DNA from: Polyangiaceae bacterium
GTDB lineage: Bacteria > Myxococcota_A > Polyangia > Polyangiales > Polyangiaceae
Assembly (NCBI GenBank): GCA_050287085.1
Contig: JBNKBE010000002.1
Span: 320,001 to 384,000, forward strand
Direction of reading: 5' to 3'
DNA length: 64,000 bases
Positions 41,326-49,984 of this stretch are shown piece by piece. Both the position numbers and the translations under genes were made by a program. The notes beneath the pieces are model-generated. The model saw only the letters and a list, made by a program, of their open reading frames with translations. It was not told the origin of the DNA and ran no database searches. Position 1 is the first letter of the stretch. The number at the start of each line of letters is the position of its first letter.

Positions 41326-43503
41326 TCAGGGTCGGTTCTTAGGGGGGCCGCTGCGTGGCGTTCGTGTCGCCGCTGCCTTGCGCGCGGCGCTATCGCGCGC
41401 ACGTGCGCGGCTCGGCGCCTTGCTCTGAGATGGCTTGCGTGTTGAAGCCGTGCGCGAGTTGGCTCTGTCAGGACCTGATGACGCGCGGGCTCTCGGACCC
41501 TCGGGAGTGGCTTCCACCGAGGCGACCAGTTTCTCCTGTGCCGCCAAGGCGGCCTTCTTGGCTTTTTCAGTCTCGCCCAGCATTTCGAGCAGGAATCGGC
41601 TGACAATGGTGGGGCGGGGCTTTCCCCATTTCATCCGAGCCTTGCTAAGCGAAAGGGTGAGTTCGTCCTGAGCGCGCGTTACCCCGACGTAGGCAAGGCG
41701 ACGTTCTTCCGCTATCGCGCTGCCGCCCTGTAGCAAAGAGCGTTGGTGGGGGAGCAATCCTTCCTCCATTCCCACCATGTAGACGCGTGGGAACTCAAGC
41801 CCTTTTGCGCTGTGGAGCGTCATGAGCGTGACCGCATGTTCGTTGCGCTTGCCTTTGTCGTCGCGCTGATCCTCACGTCCTGCAAGCGTGCTTTCTTCCA
41901 GGAAGCCAAGCAGCGTCGGCTCTGTGCTCTTTTCCTCGTAGATGGCAAGCGAGTTGACGACTTCCTCGACGGCTCCCAGCCGCGTCTCGACCTCCTGTGC
42001 GGTCTTGTATACGCGCTCGAGCTCCTTCTTGTACTGCACCTCTGCAAGCAAGTTGCGAACGAGGTCGACGAGCGATTCTTTTCCGAAGCGAGCGCGGTAG
42101 CGGAGGACCAGTTGCCGAAATGACTCGATGCGTTGTCCAGCAGCGTCCGCGATATCTCCGTTTTCCGGTGCGAGGTGTAGTGTCTGCCACAGCGGCACGC
42201 CCTCCTTGACCGCGGCTTCCAATAGCGTTTGCACGGTTCCGGTCCCGATTCCGCGGGGAGGGGTGTTGATGATGCGCAGTAGCGCGACCTCATCGCTCGG
42301 ATGCGCTAGCACCTTCAGGTAGGCCATGACGTCTCGCACCTCCTTGCGGTCGAAGAAGGACATGCCTCCAACGATGACGTAAGGGATCTTCTTCCGTCTC
42401 AGCTCCACCTCGAACGCACGGGGTTGTTCGTTGGTGCGGAAGAGAATCGCTATGTCGCTCGGGTTGGTGCGTTCACTCGATTCACGGTTGACCAAACGAT
42501 CGATCTCCGAAACGATGGCTTCCGCTTCCCCCTGTTCGTCGTCGAAGCGGCAGATCCGCGGTGGCGAGCCACCCTTCCGGGCAGCGCGCAAGACCTTGTC
42601 GTGACGAGTTGTGTTGTGGGCGATCAGGGTGTTGGCGAGCTTGAGAATTGACTCGCGGGAACGGTAGTTGTCCTCGAGTCGGACCACGGTGGCATCCGGC
42701 CAGTCGCGGCTGAAGCTCAAGATGTGTTCCACCTCGGCGCCGCGCCAACCGTAGATGCTTTGGTCGTCGTCTCCCACCACGCAGATGTTGCGATGTCGTT
42801 CGGCCAATGCCTTGACAATCTTGTACTGAAGGCCGTTGGTGTCTTGATATTCGTCAATCAGCAGGTGGTCGAAACGCGACGACTCGGCGAAGCGTACTTC
42901 GGGGAAGTGGTCGAAGAGCTCTTCCGTACACAGCAGGATGTCGTCAAAGTCGACCGCACCGACCGCCTTGAGGGCAGCCTGATAGCGTTCGTAGGCAGCT
43001 GCAGCGAGCAGCTGCTTGTCGTCACACGCGAGCTCTCTGGCTTGTGGCGGACGAATCGCCTGAGACTTCCAGGCACCGATCTGGTGCATTAGGTCCGAGG
43101 GGCGCAGCTTCTCGTGGCCGACGCGAATGTCGCGCAACGCGTTTCGTGCGAGACTGTCCTGATCACCACTGTCATAGATCGGGAAGGTCTTCGGGTAGCC
43201 CAACTTGTCGATATGACGGCGCAGAATCCGGACGCACAGAGAGTGGAAGGTTGAGATCTCCGGCGATTCCTGGCGCGGGCGTCGCCGACCTAGCAGCTGC
43301 GTCGTTCGCTGCTTCATCTCCTTGGCAGCCTTGTTGGTGAACGTCACGGCCAAGATACGACTTGGCTTGATGCCGGTCTTGATGAGCTGGACGATGCGGA
43401 AGGTGATGACGCGAGTCTTTCCGGATCCGGCGCCCGCTAGCACCAAGAGAGGACCAGAAAGAGTTGCGACAGCCTTCTGTTGATGGGGGTTTAGGCCTGA
43501 CAC
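41326..43503 (-). CDS. UvrD/Rep/PcrA SF1 DNA helicase
   Basis: LAGAGSGKT, TFTNKAA, STFHS, IDEYQD, VGDDDQSIY, NYRS, HSAKGLEF, EERRLAYVGVTRA. Confidence 0.95.
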   Translation of the reverse strand: MSGLNPHQQKAVATLSGPLLVLAGAGSGKTRVITFRIVQLIKTGIKPSRILAVTFTNKAAKEMKQRTTQLLGRRRPRQESPEISTFHSLCVRILRRHIDKLGYPKTFPIYDSGDQDSLARNALRDIRVGHEKLRPSDLMHQIGAWKSQAIRPPQARELACDDKQLLAAAAYERYQAALKAVGAVDFDDILLCTEELFDHFPEVRFAESSRFDHLLIDEYQDTNGLQYKIVKALAERHRNICVVGDDDQSIYGWRGAEVEHILSFSRDWPDATVVRLEDNYRSRESILKLANTLIAHNTTRHDKVLRAARKGGSPPRICRFDDEQGEAEAIVSEIDRLVNRESSERTNPSDIAILFRTNEQPRAFEVELRRKKIPYVIVGGMSFFDRKEVRDVMAYLKVLAHPSDEVALLRIINTPPRGIGTGTVQTLLEAAVKEGVPLWQTLHLAPENGDIADAAGQRIESFRQLVLRYRARFGKESLVDLVRNLLAEVQYKKELERVYKTAQEVETRLGAVEEVVNSLAIYEEKSTEPTLLGFLEESTLAGREDQRDDKGKRNEHAVTLMTLHSAKGLEFPRVYMVGMEEGLLPHQRSLLQGGSAIAEERRLAYVGVTRAQDELTLSLSKARMKWGKPRPTIVSRFLLEMLGETEKAKKAALAAQEKLVASVEATPEGPRARASSGPDRANSRTASTRKPSQSKAPSRARARDSAARKAAATRTPRSGPPKNRP

Positions 43504-43516
43504 GCGGTGGCTTTCC

Positions 43517-44023
43517 TCAGCTCAAAGCGACTTGGAAGGGCGCTTCCACGAAGGTCTTTGCTGCGGTGTCCCAGATGAATAGCTTGTGTGCCGTAACCGT
43601 TCCTTGATCCACCGCTGTTACCAGATACGCGAGTTCATAAGCCGGGTCCGTCATTCCTCCATTGGTCATGCTCGCGGCGTCTTCGTCGCTGAAGTATGCC
43701 CCACAGTCGAGGTGTGAGTGGAAGAAGACTTTGACCGGTGTGCTGTCGAGTTCGCCCCGTGCGATCGCTTTTTCAAACTTGATCGAGTTGATCTTGAAGT
43801 AGTCCCGACCCGTGCGTGGATGTCCTTCCGGATCGGCTTGGTGATACTTGTTGGCTAGGTTCTCGACCTCCACCGCGCGGTCGCAGAGGTGCGGCTGGTC
43901 GGCAGGGCCGGTAAGGTAGCCGCAGGCCTCTTCTCCGCGTTGGTAGGCGGCGGTTGCTGCGTGCACTACGACATCCATAGCAGCGCTCGAGATCAGTAGG
44001 TTGCCGCGGGTCCATTCGCTCAT
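43517..44023 (-). CDS. JAB/MPN+ (Mov34, Mec-like) metalloprotease
   Basis: EEACG and FHSHLDCGAYFSDED (JAMM motif HxH-x7-S-x2-D); GAGG ribosome-binding site. Confidence 0.9.
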   Translation of the reverse strand: MSEWTRGNLLISSAAMDVVVHAATAAYQRGEEACGYLTGPADQPHLCDRAVEVENLANKYHQADPEGHPRTGRDYFKINSIKFEKAIARGELDSTPVKVFFHSHLDCGAYFSDEDAASMTNGGMTDPAYELAYLVTAVDQGTVTAHKLFIWDTAAKTFVEAPFQVALS

Positions 44024-44132
44024 GGTGTCATTCCTCGTTGTCTCGACAAAAAGTTGAGGCAGCCTGCTAGGAGCACACTTGTGCCCGACGGGGCCGAAAC
44101 GGCGTCGTAATGGCCGGGTGCATCGGCCGCCG

Positions 44133-44579
44133 TCAATCGTTTTTGGGTTCGGATGAAGGTCTAGGAGCGCAGGCTGCCGCAGTCGGCTTGAGGAGCTCTC
44201 GCAGCGACGCTAGAGCCTCGAGCGCCGCCGTTGCAAACACCCAGGCGGCGGGGTGCAAGACGACCCCGTCCACTGCGGCACCGCTCAGCGGTGCGGGAAA
44301 TGAAGCCAGGTCTGACGTACTTCTTGTTCGAAGCGGAGCCGGGGCCTGCTGGCGCGCCCCAGGGGGCCCCACGCGGTTGGCCGCATCACCGAGCCGCTTT
44401 ATCGTCACGAGGCCCTGCGCCGTCTCGAGCTGAACCGTTCCAACGCCGGCCCGAAAGAGGTATTCCGCCGCGACGGGCTGCCGGGTCACGACGCGTCCCT
44501 GGGCAATCTTGTCTTGACCCGCCGCGCCGACCTCGGGCAGCTGTCGCTGCCGCGTGTAGCGATCTTCGAAGGGCAGCAT
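44133..44579 (-). CDS. Degenerate mini-ThiF/MoeB protein (148 aa) lacking the ATP-binding loop
   Basis: EDRYTRQRQLPEVGAAGQDKI and AAEYLFRAGVG; no GxGxxG and no CxxC. TGATG overlap with the Ubl gene. Confidence 0.7.
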   Translation of the reverse strand: MLPFEDRYTRQRQLPEVGAAGQDKIAQGRVVTRQPVAAEYLFRAGVGTVQLETAQGLVTIKRLGDAANRVGPPGARQQAPAPLRTRSTSDLASFPAPLSGAAVDGVVLHPAAWVFATAALEALASLRELLKPTAAACAPRPSSEPKND

Positions 44580-44851
44580 CAGCCGCCTGCGATGGCCGGC
44601 ACTACGCTCAGTTCGTCCCCGTCTTTCAATTCGGTATCCAGACCGTCGAGAAAGCGGATGTCTTCCTCTCCGAGGTAGAGATTGACGAAACGACGGACTC
44701 CCTTGTCGTCGACCAAACGCTCTTTGATGCCGGGGTACGCCGTTTCGAGATTCTCGATGAGCTCCGCGATGTTGGCGCCTTCGACGGCTACGGTTTCTTC
44801 TCCGCCGGTGAGGGTACGCAGGGGAGTCGGAACACGAACGGTGATGGGCAT
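44579..44851 (-). CDS. MoaD/ThiS/CysO-like ubiquitin-fold protein
   Basis: ITVRVPTPLR, RRFVNLYL, DGDELSVVPAIAGG with a C-terminal di-Gly. Confidence 0.93.
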   Translation of the reverse strand: MPITVRVPTPLRTLTGGEETVAVEGANIAELIENLETAYPGIKERLVDDKGVRRFVNLYLGEEDIRFLDGLDTELKDGDELSVVPAIAGG

Positions 44852-44922
44852 GATGGATCCTTTGGGCTTGTTGGTCGGTGTGCTGTGTAGGTTGGGTGAT
44901 GGTTCGAGCGCGAGCAGGTTGC

Positions 44923-45684
44923 TCAGAAATTGCGCTCGACGCAGATTTGCCGCGTGTAGCGTGGCTCTTCAATACTCAAAATGCTCCGCTCGGAACCACA
45001 CAGTGTGCAGGTCTCACGTCCTCTCAGGCTGGTCGCCCGCACGCGTCCGCTGTGGCCGTCCAGGCGAATGCAGGTTCCGTAGCGTGGTTGCGCTGAGAGG
45101 ATGGCAAGCGCAAGATCGGCCATTGCGGCGCCTACGAAACCCGCCACTGGGCCCATGATTCCGTGGCTACTACAGTTGGCTCCCTCATCCGTTGGGACGT
45201 CCTCGAACACGCAGCGGTAGCAGGGCCCGCCCCGCGGACCTGCCGCTAGCGCGGTGCCAACGAAGCCCAGAGCCGCGCCGTGAATGACAGGGCGTCCGGC
45301 GAGAAAAGCGGCGTCGGCAGCGAGAAACTTGGTGGCATAGTTGTCCGCCCCTTCAATGACGAGATCGACATCGCTTGCCAGTTGCAATGCGCTATCGGGG
45401 AGCAGTCGCCCACTCAGCGGGATGATGTCGGTGGACGCAGCCCCGAGGGTGCGGAGTTTTCTCGCGGCGGCTTCTATCTTGGGGGTGCCGACGTCCGCGT
45501 CGTCAAACAAGATCTGCCGCCCGAGGTTGCTCTCATCCACGAGGTCGTCGTCCAGCAACACCAGCTTGGCTATTGCCGTCTGTGCGAGCACCCGTGCCAG
45601 CGGACATCCCAAGCCGCCCATGCCAACGATGAGCACGCGGGGCTTCTGGCGGAGGCCATTGGACGGTGGCGGCGTGGAGGGCAT
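44923..45684 (-). CDS. HesA/MoeB/ThiF (E1-like) adenylyltransferase
   Basis: VLIVGMGGLG, DDDLVDESNLGRQ, EGADN, PCYRC, ANCSSHG (catalytic Cys position), CTLC; no rhodanese domain. Confidence 0.92.
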   Translation of the reverse strand: MPSTPPPSNGLRQKPRVLIVGMGGLGCPLARVLAQTAIAKLVLLDDDLVDESNLGRQILFDDADVGTPKIEAAARKLRTLGAASTDIIPLSGRLLPDSALQLASDVDLVIEGADNYATKFLAADAAFLAGRPVIHGAALGFVGTALAAGPRGGPCYRCVFEDVPTDEGANCSSHGIMGPVAGFVGAAMADLALAILSAQPRYGTCIRLDGHSGRVRATSLRGRETCTLCGSERSILSIEEPRYTRQICVERNF

Positions 45685-45718
45685 GAGTTGGGAGTGGGTG
45701 CGGCTACCACGGCGGGCG

Positions 45719-46180
45719 CTAGATCATGTACACGTAGCGCTCGGGAACTCTTTTTCCGAGTCCAGCTTGCGCGGCTCGTTCGCATAGCGTTTGCACGCTC
45801 ATGCTATTGAGACCGTTGCGCAGCAAGGCGCCGAGCTCCTGCAGGGCGTTGTCCGTGACGCTCTTGGCGTCGGGGATCCGATGACGCTCTGTCGCTTCGG
45901 CGTCTTCTGGCCCAACGAGACAGGGGCCCTCGGTGACTTCGAGTATGTCACCCAGTAGGAGCTCACTGGGCGTCCGCACCAGACTGTAGCCACCTTGAGG
46001 TCCGCGTTTTGAGGCCACAAACCCTGCGCGCTTGAGATCCTGGAAGATCTGTTCGAGAAAGCGCGCCGGGATCTCCTGTCGCTCCGCGATGTCTTTCAGC
46101 TGGGTAGGGCGGCCCTCGTTGTAGAAGGCAATGTCGAAGAGGGCCCGTACGGCATATCGACCTTTATTCGACAGCTTCAT
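45719..46180 (-). CDS. Rrf2-family transcriptional regulator (CymR-like)
   Basis: MKLSNKGRYAVRAL, IAERQEIP..FLEQI, SKRGPQGGY; lacks the IscR Cys triad; ends YVYMI. Confidence 0.92.
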   Translation of the reverse strand: MKLSNKGRYAVRALFDIAFYNEGRPTQLKDIAERQEIPARFLEQIFQDLKRAGFVASKRGPQGGYSLVRTPSELLLGDILEVTEGPCLVGPEDAEATERHRIPDAKSVTDNALQELGALLRNGLNSMSVQTLCERAAQAGLGKRVPERYVYMI

Positions 46181-46227
46181 GAATCCGCTTTCTACGTCAC
46201 ACCCAGGAGGCTGGCGTAAGCGGCAGA

Positions 46228-46258
46228 TTTATGGGTTACCTTATCGGATTTGTCAAGA
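46228..46258 (-). promoter_or_regulatory. Putative sigma70 promoter overlapped by an imperfect palindrome (candidate Rrf2 operator)
   Basis: Minus strand TTGACA (46256-46251), 17 nt, CATAAA; TCTTGACAAATCCGATAAGG dyad. The TGA of the -35 box is the upstream gene's stop codon. Confidence 0.6.
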
Positions 46259-47947
46259 ACCGGAGTCGGCGCGAGCCGGCGACGAGAGGCGAGAGGCCGA
46301 AGCTTTGAGCTCGAGGGTGTGTTTCTCCGCGCGCTGGAGTCGGCCCCCTGACTGCAGGAGTCGGGCTCGTGCTCGGGCAAACTTCTCCTCTTGCCAGAAC
46401 ATCAGGCAGCCATTGCATCCCAGGCCGCAACAGCCCTCTAGCCCTAACTTTGGAGCGGCCCGCCGCCCCTGAAGGCGGGTCGTTGAGTTCGAGGTCGCGT
46501 CGCGTTGGAGCGATTGGAGCGGGATCAAGCCGAGCTCCGCTTGCTGCGCCTGGACGCCGCGGTGGAGGTGCTGTTGCTGCTCGGCGCTCAGCACGGAGCG
46601 CTTGCGAACGAGACTCTGGGCGGGCAGACGCTCACGCAGCGAGTCCATATCCTCATTGTGAAACGCAGTCAGCGGGATGCGGACAGCGCGCCCTCCCCCC
46701 GCTGAGAGCTTGGGAAGCGTCTCGCCGGTATCGGCGCAGCGGTATTCGTAGAGGCGAAGACGGACCACGTCCAAACTGTCCGGCGGTAGGAATTCGAAGA
46801 TGTCCCCGGGTAGGACGCGATTGCGCAGCTCCACGACGACGCTATCGCCTTCCCACGCCCTGACAAAGCCCAGGAACTCAAAGGCGGACAGTGATTGACC
46901 CTGATCGTAGTCGTGTCCCAGGTGTGACAAGCGGCCTGAGTAAAAGCCGAGGCTGTACCCGCGAGCTTTGGTTGTTTCGAGCTCCGCCATGAAAGGGCGG
47001 TGGTCGAAGCCGGCCGGATCACGGTAGTAGCTGTCGATGGCTTGTCGATAGGCGCGCGCCACCACGCCCGCGTAGTACTCGTTCTTGTTGCGTCCTTCGA
47101 CCTTGAGTGAGTCAATGCCCAGGGCCAGGTATTCGTCGAGCTTCGGCATCAGACATAGGTCACGGGAATTCAGAATATATGCGCCTCGCTCGTCCTCTTC
47201 GATCGGGTACAGCTCACCGGGGCGAAACTCCTCTTCGAGGAAGAACTCAAACTCGCTCTTGTTTTCGTCCGTGAGCGTGATGGTGCCTTCGCTGCCGTCA
47301 CGATGTCGCACCTTCAAGTTGTACTTCCAGCGACAACTGTGTGCGCAACCGCCCTGGTTGCTGCCGCGTTCAGCCATGTAGTTGGAGAGCAGACAACGCC
47401 CTGAATAGGTCATGCATTGCGCGCCGTGGACGAACGTCTCCAAGCGAATATCGGGACAACGCTCTCGGATATCGCGCAGCTCGTCGAAGCTGACCTCGCG
47501 CGCAAGCACGCATAAAGCGGCGCCTTGCTTCTGCCAGTAGTCGACGGTTAGCCAGGAGGCGACGTTGGCCTGCGTGGAGATATGGCGTTCCCAATGCGGG
47601 GCATGGTCCTTCAGGTATTGGAATACGCCCGGATCGCTGACGATGACGCCATCGGGTGCTAGGTCGCGCAAGGTCTCCAAGAATCGCGGAAGCTTCTCGA
47701 TGTCGCGGTTGTGCGTGAAGAGATTGAGCGTCAAGTAGATCTTCTTGCCGTGGTCGCGCACGAAGCGGATCCCCTCGACAAGGTCGGACAGCGGAAACGC
47801 CGACTGCGTTCGCAAGGAAAGATCGGGTGTACCCGCATACACCGCATCGGCCCCATACAGGATGGCCGTCTTCAGGCGGCTGAGCGAGCCGGCCGGCATC
47901 AATAGCTCGGCGCGTTTGGTTGGTGCATGGCTGGACACCTCGTTCAT
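46253..47947 (-). CDS. trhP: U32-family prephenate-dependent tRNA hydroxylase (TrhP/YegQ-like) with a C-terminal extension
   Basis: ELLMPAGS, GADAVY, ETFVHGAQCMTYSGRCLLS, NQGGCAHSCRWKY (Fe-S cysteines), NSRDLC, SLKVEGR; divergent from cmoAB. Confidence 0.85.
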   Translation of the reverse strand: MNEVSSHAPTKRAELLMPAGSLSRLKTAILYGADAVYAGTPDLSLRTQSAFPLSDLVEGIRFVRDHGKKIYLTLNLFTHNRDIEKLPRFLETLRDLAPDGVIVSDPGVFQYLKDHAPHWERHISTQANVASWLTVDYWQKQGAALCVLAREVSFDELRDIRERCPDIRLETFVHGAQCMTYSGRCLLSNYMAERGSNQGGCAHSCRWKYNLKVRHRDGSEGTITLTDENKSEFEFFLEEEFRPGELYPIEEDERGAYILNSRDLCLMPKLDEYLALGIDSLKVEGRNKNEYYAGVVARAYRQAIDSYYRDPAGFDHRPFMAELETTKARGYSLGFYSGRLSHLGHDYDQGQSLSAFEFLGFVRAWEGDSVVVELRNRVLPGDIFEFLPPDSLDVVRLRLYEYRCADTGETLPKLSAGGGRAVRIPLTAFHNEDMDSLRERLPAQSLVRKRSVLSAEQQQHLHRGVQAQQAELGLIPLQSLQRDATSNSTTRLQGRRAAPKLGLEGCCGLGCNGCLMFWQEEKFARARARLLQSGGRLQRAEKHTLELKASASRLSSPARADSGS

Positions 47948-48076
47948 GCGAGCGCCGTACCACAGAATTGGCCGGCGGTCTTCTCGGCGCGGGCCATCCA
48001 GAAAAGGAACGTCGGCACTGCAGCCTCTTGACTTCCCTGCTCTCAAGGGCGATTTCGGTCCTCTTCCTGTTTCTGG

Positions 48077-48814
48077 GTGGTGCCCGTGCGAGACCAATTG
48101 TTTGCCCAGCCACGAAGTCAGCGCAGCGACTTCAACTTCGATGAACCGGTGGCTGCGGTTTTTGACGACATGATTCGGCGGTCCTTGCCGGGGTACGACT
48201 GTGTGTTGAGCATGCTCGGAGTCATCGCCTCTCGCTTTGCGCAAGCCGGCACCTGTGTTTACGATCTCGGCTGTTCGCTCGGGAGCGCGACGCTCGCCCT
48301 TCACAACGCCGTCGGAGCGCGTCCAGTACAGGTTGTCGGGGTGGACAAGAGCCCGGCAATGGCGGAACGCGCGCGGCGGCGGATCGCGCAGGAGACCGGG
48401 AATGCTCAAATCGAGGTGCTCTGCCAGGATGTGTGCGAAACTGTCTTCCGTCCGTCATCGCTGATTGTGTTGAACTTCACGCTCCAGTTCCTACCCAAGG
48501 CTGAGCGCCGCGGGGTCTTGGAGCGCGCGCTTGCGGCGCTCGTCCCAGGAGGGGCGTTGGTGCTCAGTGAGAAATTGCGCTTCGACGACTACCGCGAGGG
48601 CGCGTTGATGGAGGATCTCCACGACGAGTACCGACGCTCGAACGGCTACTCCCAGTTAGAGATCAGTCAGAAACGAACAGCCCTGGAGAACGTGCTGGTC
48701 ACGGAGAGCGAGCAGGAGCACGTCGTTCGCTTGGAGGAGGTAGGCTTCTCTCGGATCCATACATGGTTTCGTTGCGCCAACTTCGTTTCAATCCTCGCGA
48801 CCAAAGACGCGTGA
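48077..48814 (+). CDS. cmoA: Carboxy-S-adenosyl-L-methionine synthase
   Basis: DFNFDEPVAAVFDDMIRRSLPGY, YDLGCSLG, LNFTLQF, LSEK, NGYSQLEISQKRTALENV. Confidence 0.95.
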   Translation: MVPVRDQLFAQPRSQRSDFNFDEPVAAVFDDMIRRSLPGYDCVLSMLGVIASRFAQAGTCVYDLGCSLGSATLALHNAVGARPVQVVGVDKSPAMAERARRRIAQETGNAQIEVLCQDVCETVFRPSSLIVLNFTLQFLPKAERRGVLERALAALVPGGALVLSEKLRFDDYREGALMEDLHDEYRRSNGYSQLEISQKRTALENVLVTESEQEHVVRLEEVGFSRIHTWFRCANFVSILATKDA

Positions 48815-48956
48815 GCACGGGCGGCACCTTCCCAGGGCTGCGCTAGCCGCCGAGCCGCTGCGCCGCAGCTTGAGCCCCTGTGTTGCCGCCGAAATGGCCG
48901 TGTCGCCGCCTAGCTGCCTCGCCACCGCCGAATCACAGCGTCGCCGCCTAATCACT

Positions 48957-49943
48957 ATGTTGCCGCCGATCTCCACCGAACTGGTCCGTGTTCTCACCGC
49001 TCGCGCGCTGCCCCAGGCGCTGAGCGCCATCACTGCCCTTGAGCTTGCCGTGGAGGCCGAGTTTGCGGCATTGGCTCATGGTCATCGCGACCGCTGGCTG
49101 CAGGCGATTGCAGAGCTCCAGATCTTAGGGGGAGCGGCCCACGTGCAGCTCGACAGCGACGTGCCGCGCTTCGGGCAAGAGCGCTACAGCGATGAAGAGC
49201 TCGCGCGTCTGCGGCTTGCTCTCGAGCGACTTGGACCCTGGCGAAAGGGACCGTTTCAAATCGGGCCTCTGCAGATCGATGCTGAGTGGCGCTCCGACTT
49301 CAAGTGGGCTCGCTTCGCCGATTCGCTTGCGTGGTCTGGCGCGCGCGTGCTCGACGTGGGCAGCGGGAATGGCTACGCCTGCTTGCGAGCTATCGGCGCG
49401 GGCGCCGCCGAGGTGCTGGGGATCGATCCGACGTGGCTCTATGTCATGCAGTTTCAAGCGCTTGCCTGTTTTCTCCCGAGGATCCCTGTTGGCGTTGTGC
49501 CGTTGCCCCTGGAGCGGCTTCCGGCGTCGGTCTGCGACTTTGATATCGTGATGTCGATGGGCGTTCTCTATCATCGACGCTCGCCCCTGGATCACCTGAG
49601 CGAGCTCAAGCAAAGACTGCGAAGGGGAGGGACCTTGGTGCTCGAATCCCTCGTCGTCGAGGGTGCCAAAGGTTATGCGTTGGTCCCGGATGATCGCTAT
49701 GCGGCCATGAAGAACGTCTGGTTCTTGCCCTCGATTCCGACCCTTACGGCCTGGCTGGAGCGTGTTGGCTTCATCGGCGTGCAGTGCATCGCGGAGGCCA
49801 CCACCACCGCTCTCGAGCAGCGGGCGACACCGTGGATGCCTTCGCAGTCACTCGTCGATTTTCTGGACCCCAATGACAGCTCTCGAACGATCGAAGGACA
49901 TCCGGCGCCCAGGCGAGCGATATGGCTTGCCCGGCGCCCATAG
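48957..49943 (+). CDS. cmoB: tRNA U34 carboxymethyltransferase
   Basis: PWRKGPF, IDAEWRSDFKW, VLDVGSGNGY, GIDP, SMGVLYHRRSP, RYAAMKNVWFLPS, TIEGHPAPRRA. Confidence 0.95.
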   Translation: MLPPISTELVRVLTARALPQALSAITALELAVEAEFAALAHGHRDRWLQAIAELQILGGAAHVQLDSDVPRFGQERYSDEELARLRLALERLGPWRKGPFQIGPLQIDAEWRSDFKWARFADSLAWSGARVLDVGSGNGYACLRAIGAGAAEVLGIDPTWLYVMQFQALACFLPRIPVGVVPLPLERLPASVCDFDIVMSMGVLYHRRSPLDHLSELKQRLRRGGTLVLESLVVEGAKGYALVPDDRYAAMKNVWFLPSIPTLTAWLERVGFIGVQCIAEATTTALEQRATPWMPSQSLVDFLDPNDSSRTIEGHPAPRRAIWLARRP

Positions 49944-49984
49944 CCGCCGAAGCGGCACAGCCGCGCGCTGCTGAAAGACTCACT

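Noticed and set aside
44580..44972. N-terminal half of the 279-aa ORF 44133-44972
   Set aside because: It is an off-frame read through the Ubl gene. The ThiF-like sequence starts at ATG 44579 (TGATG coupling).
43517..45684. Bil/Bub/CBASS-type ubiquitin-like antiphage system
   Set aside because: No E2, cyclase or effector. The Ubl is MoaD/CysO-like, the regulator is CymR-like, and the context is housekeeping.
47948..48409. Long N-terminal extensions in the ORF track (trhP; likewise glnD, tig, sulfatase-like, menC, miaB, ChaN)
   Set aside because: They overlap neighbouring genes or promoters and precede the first family motif, so downstream starts were chosen.
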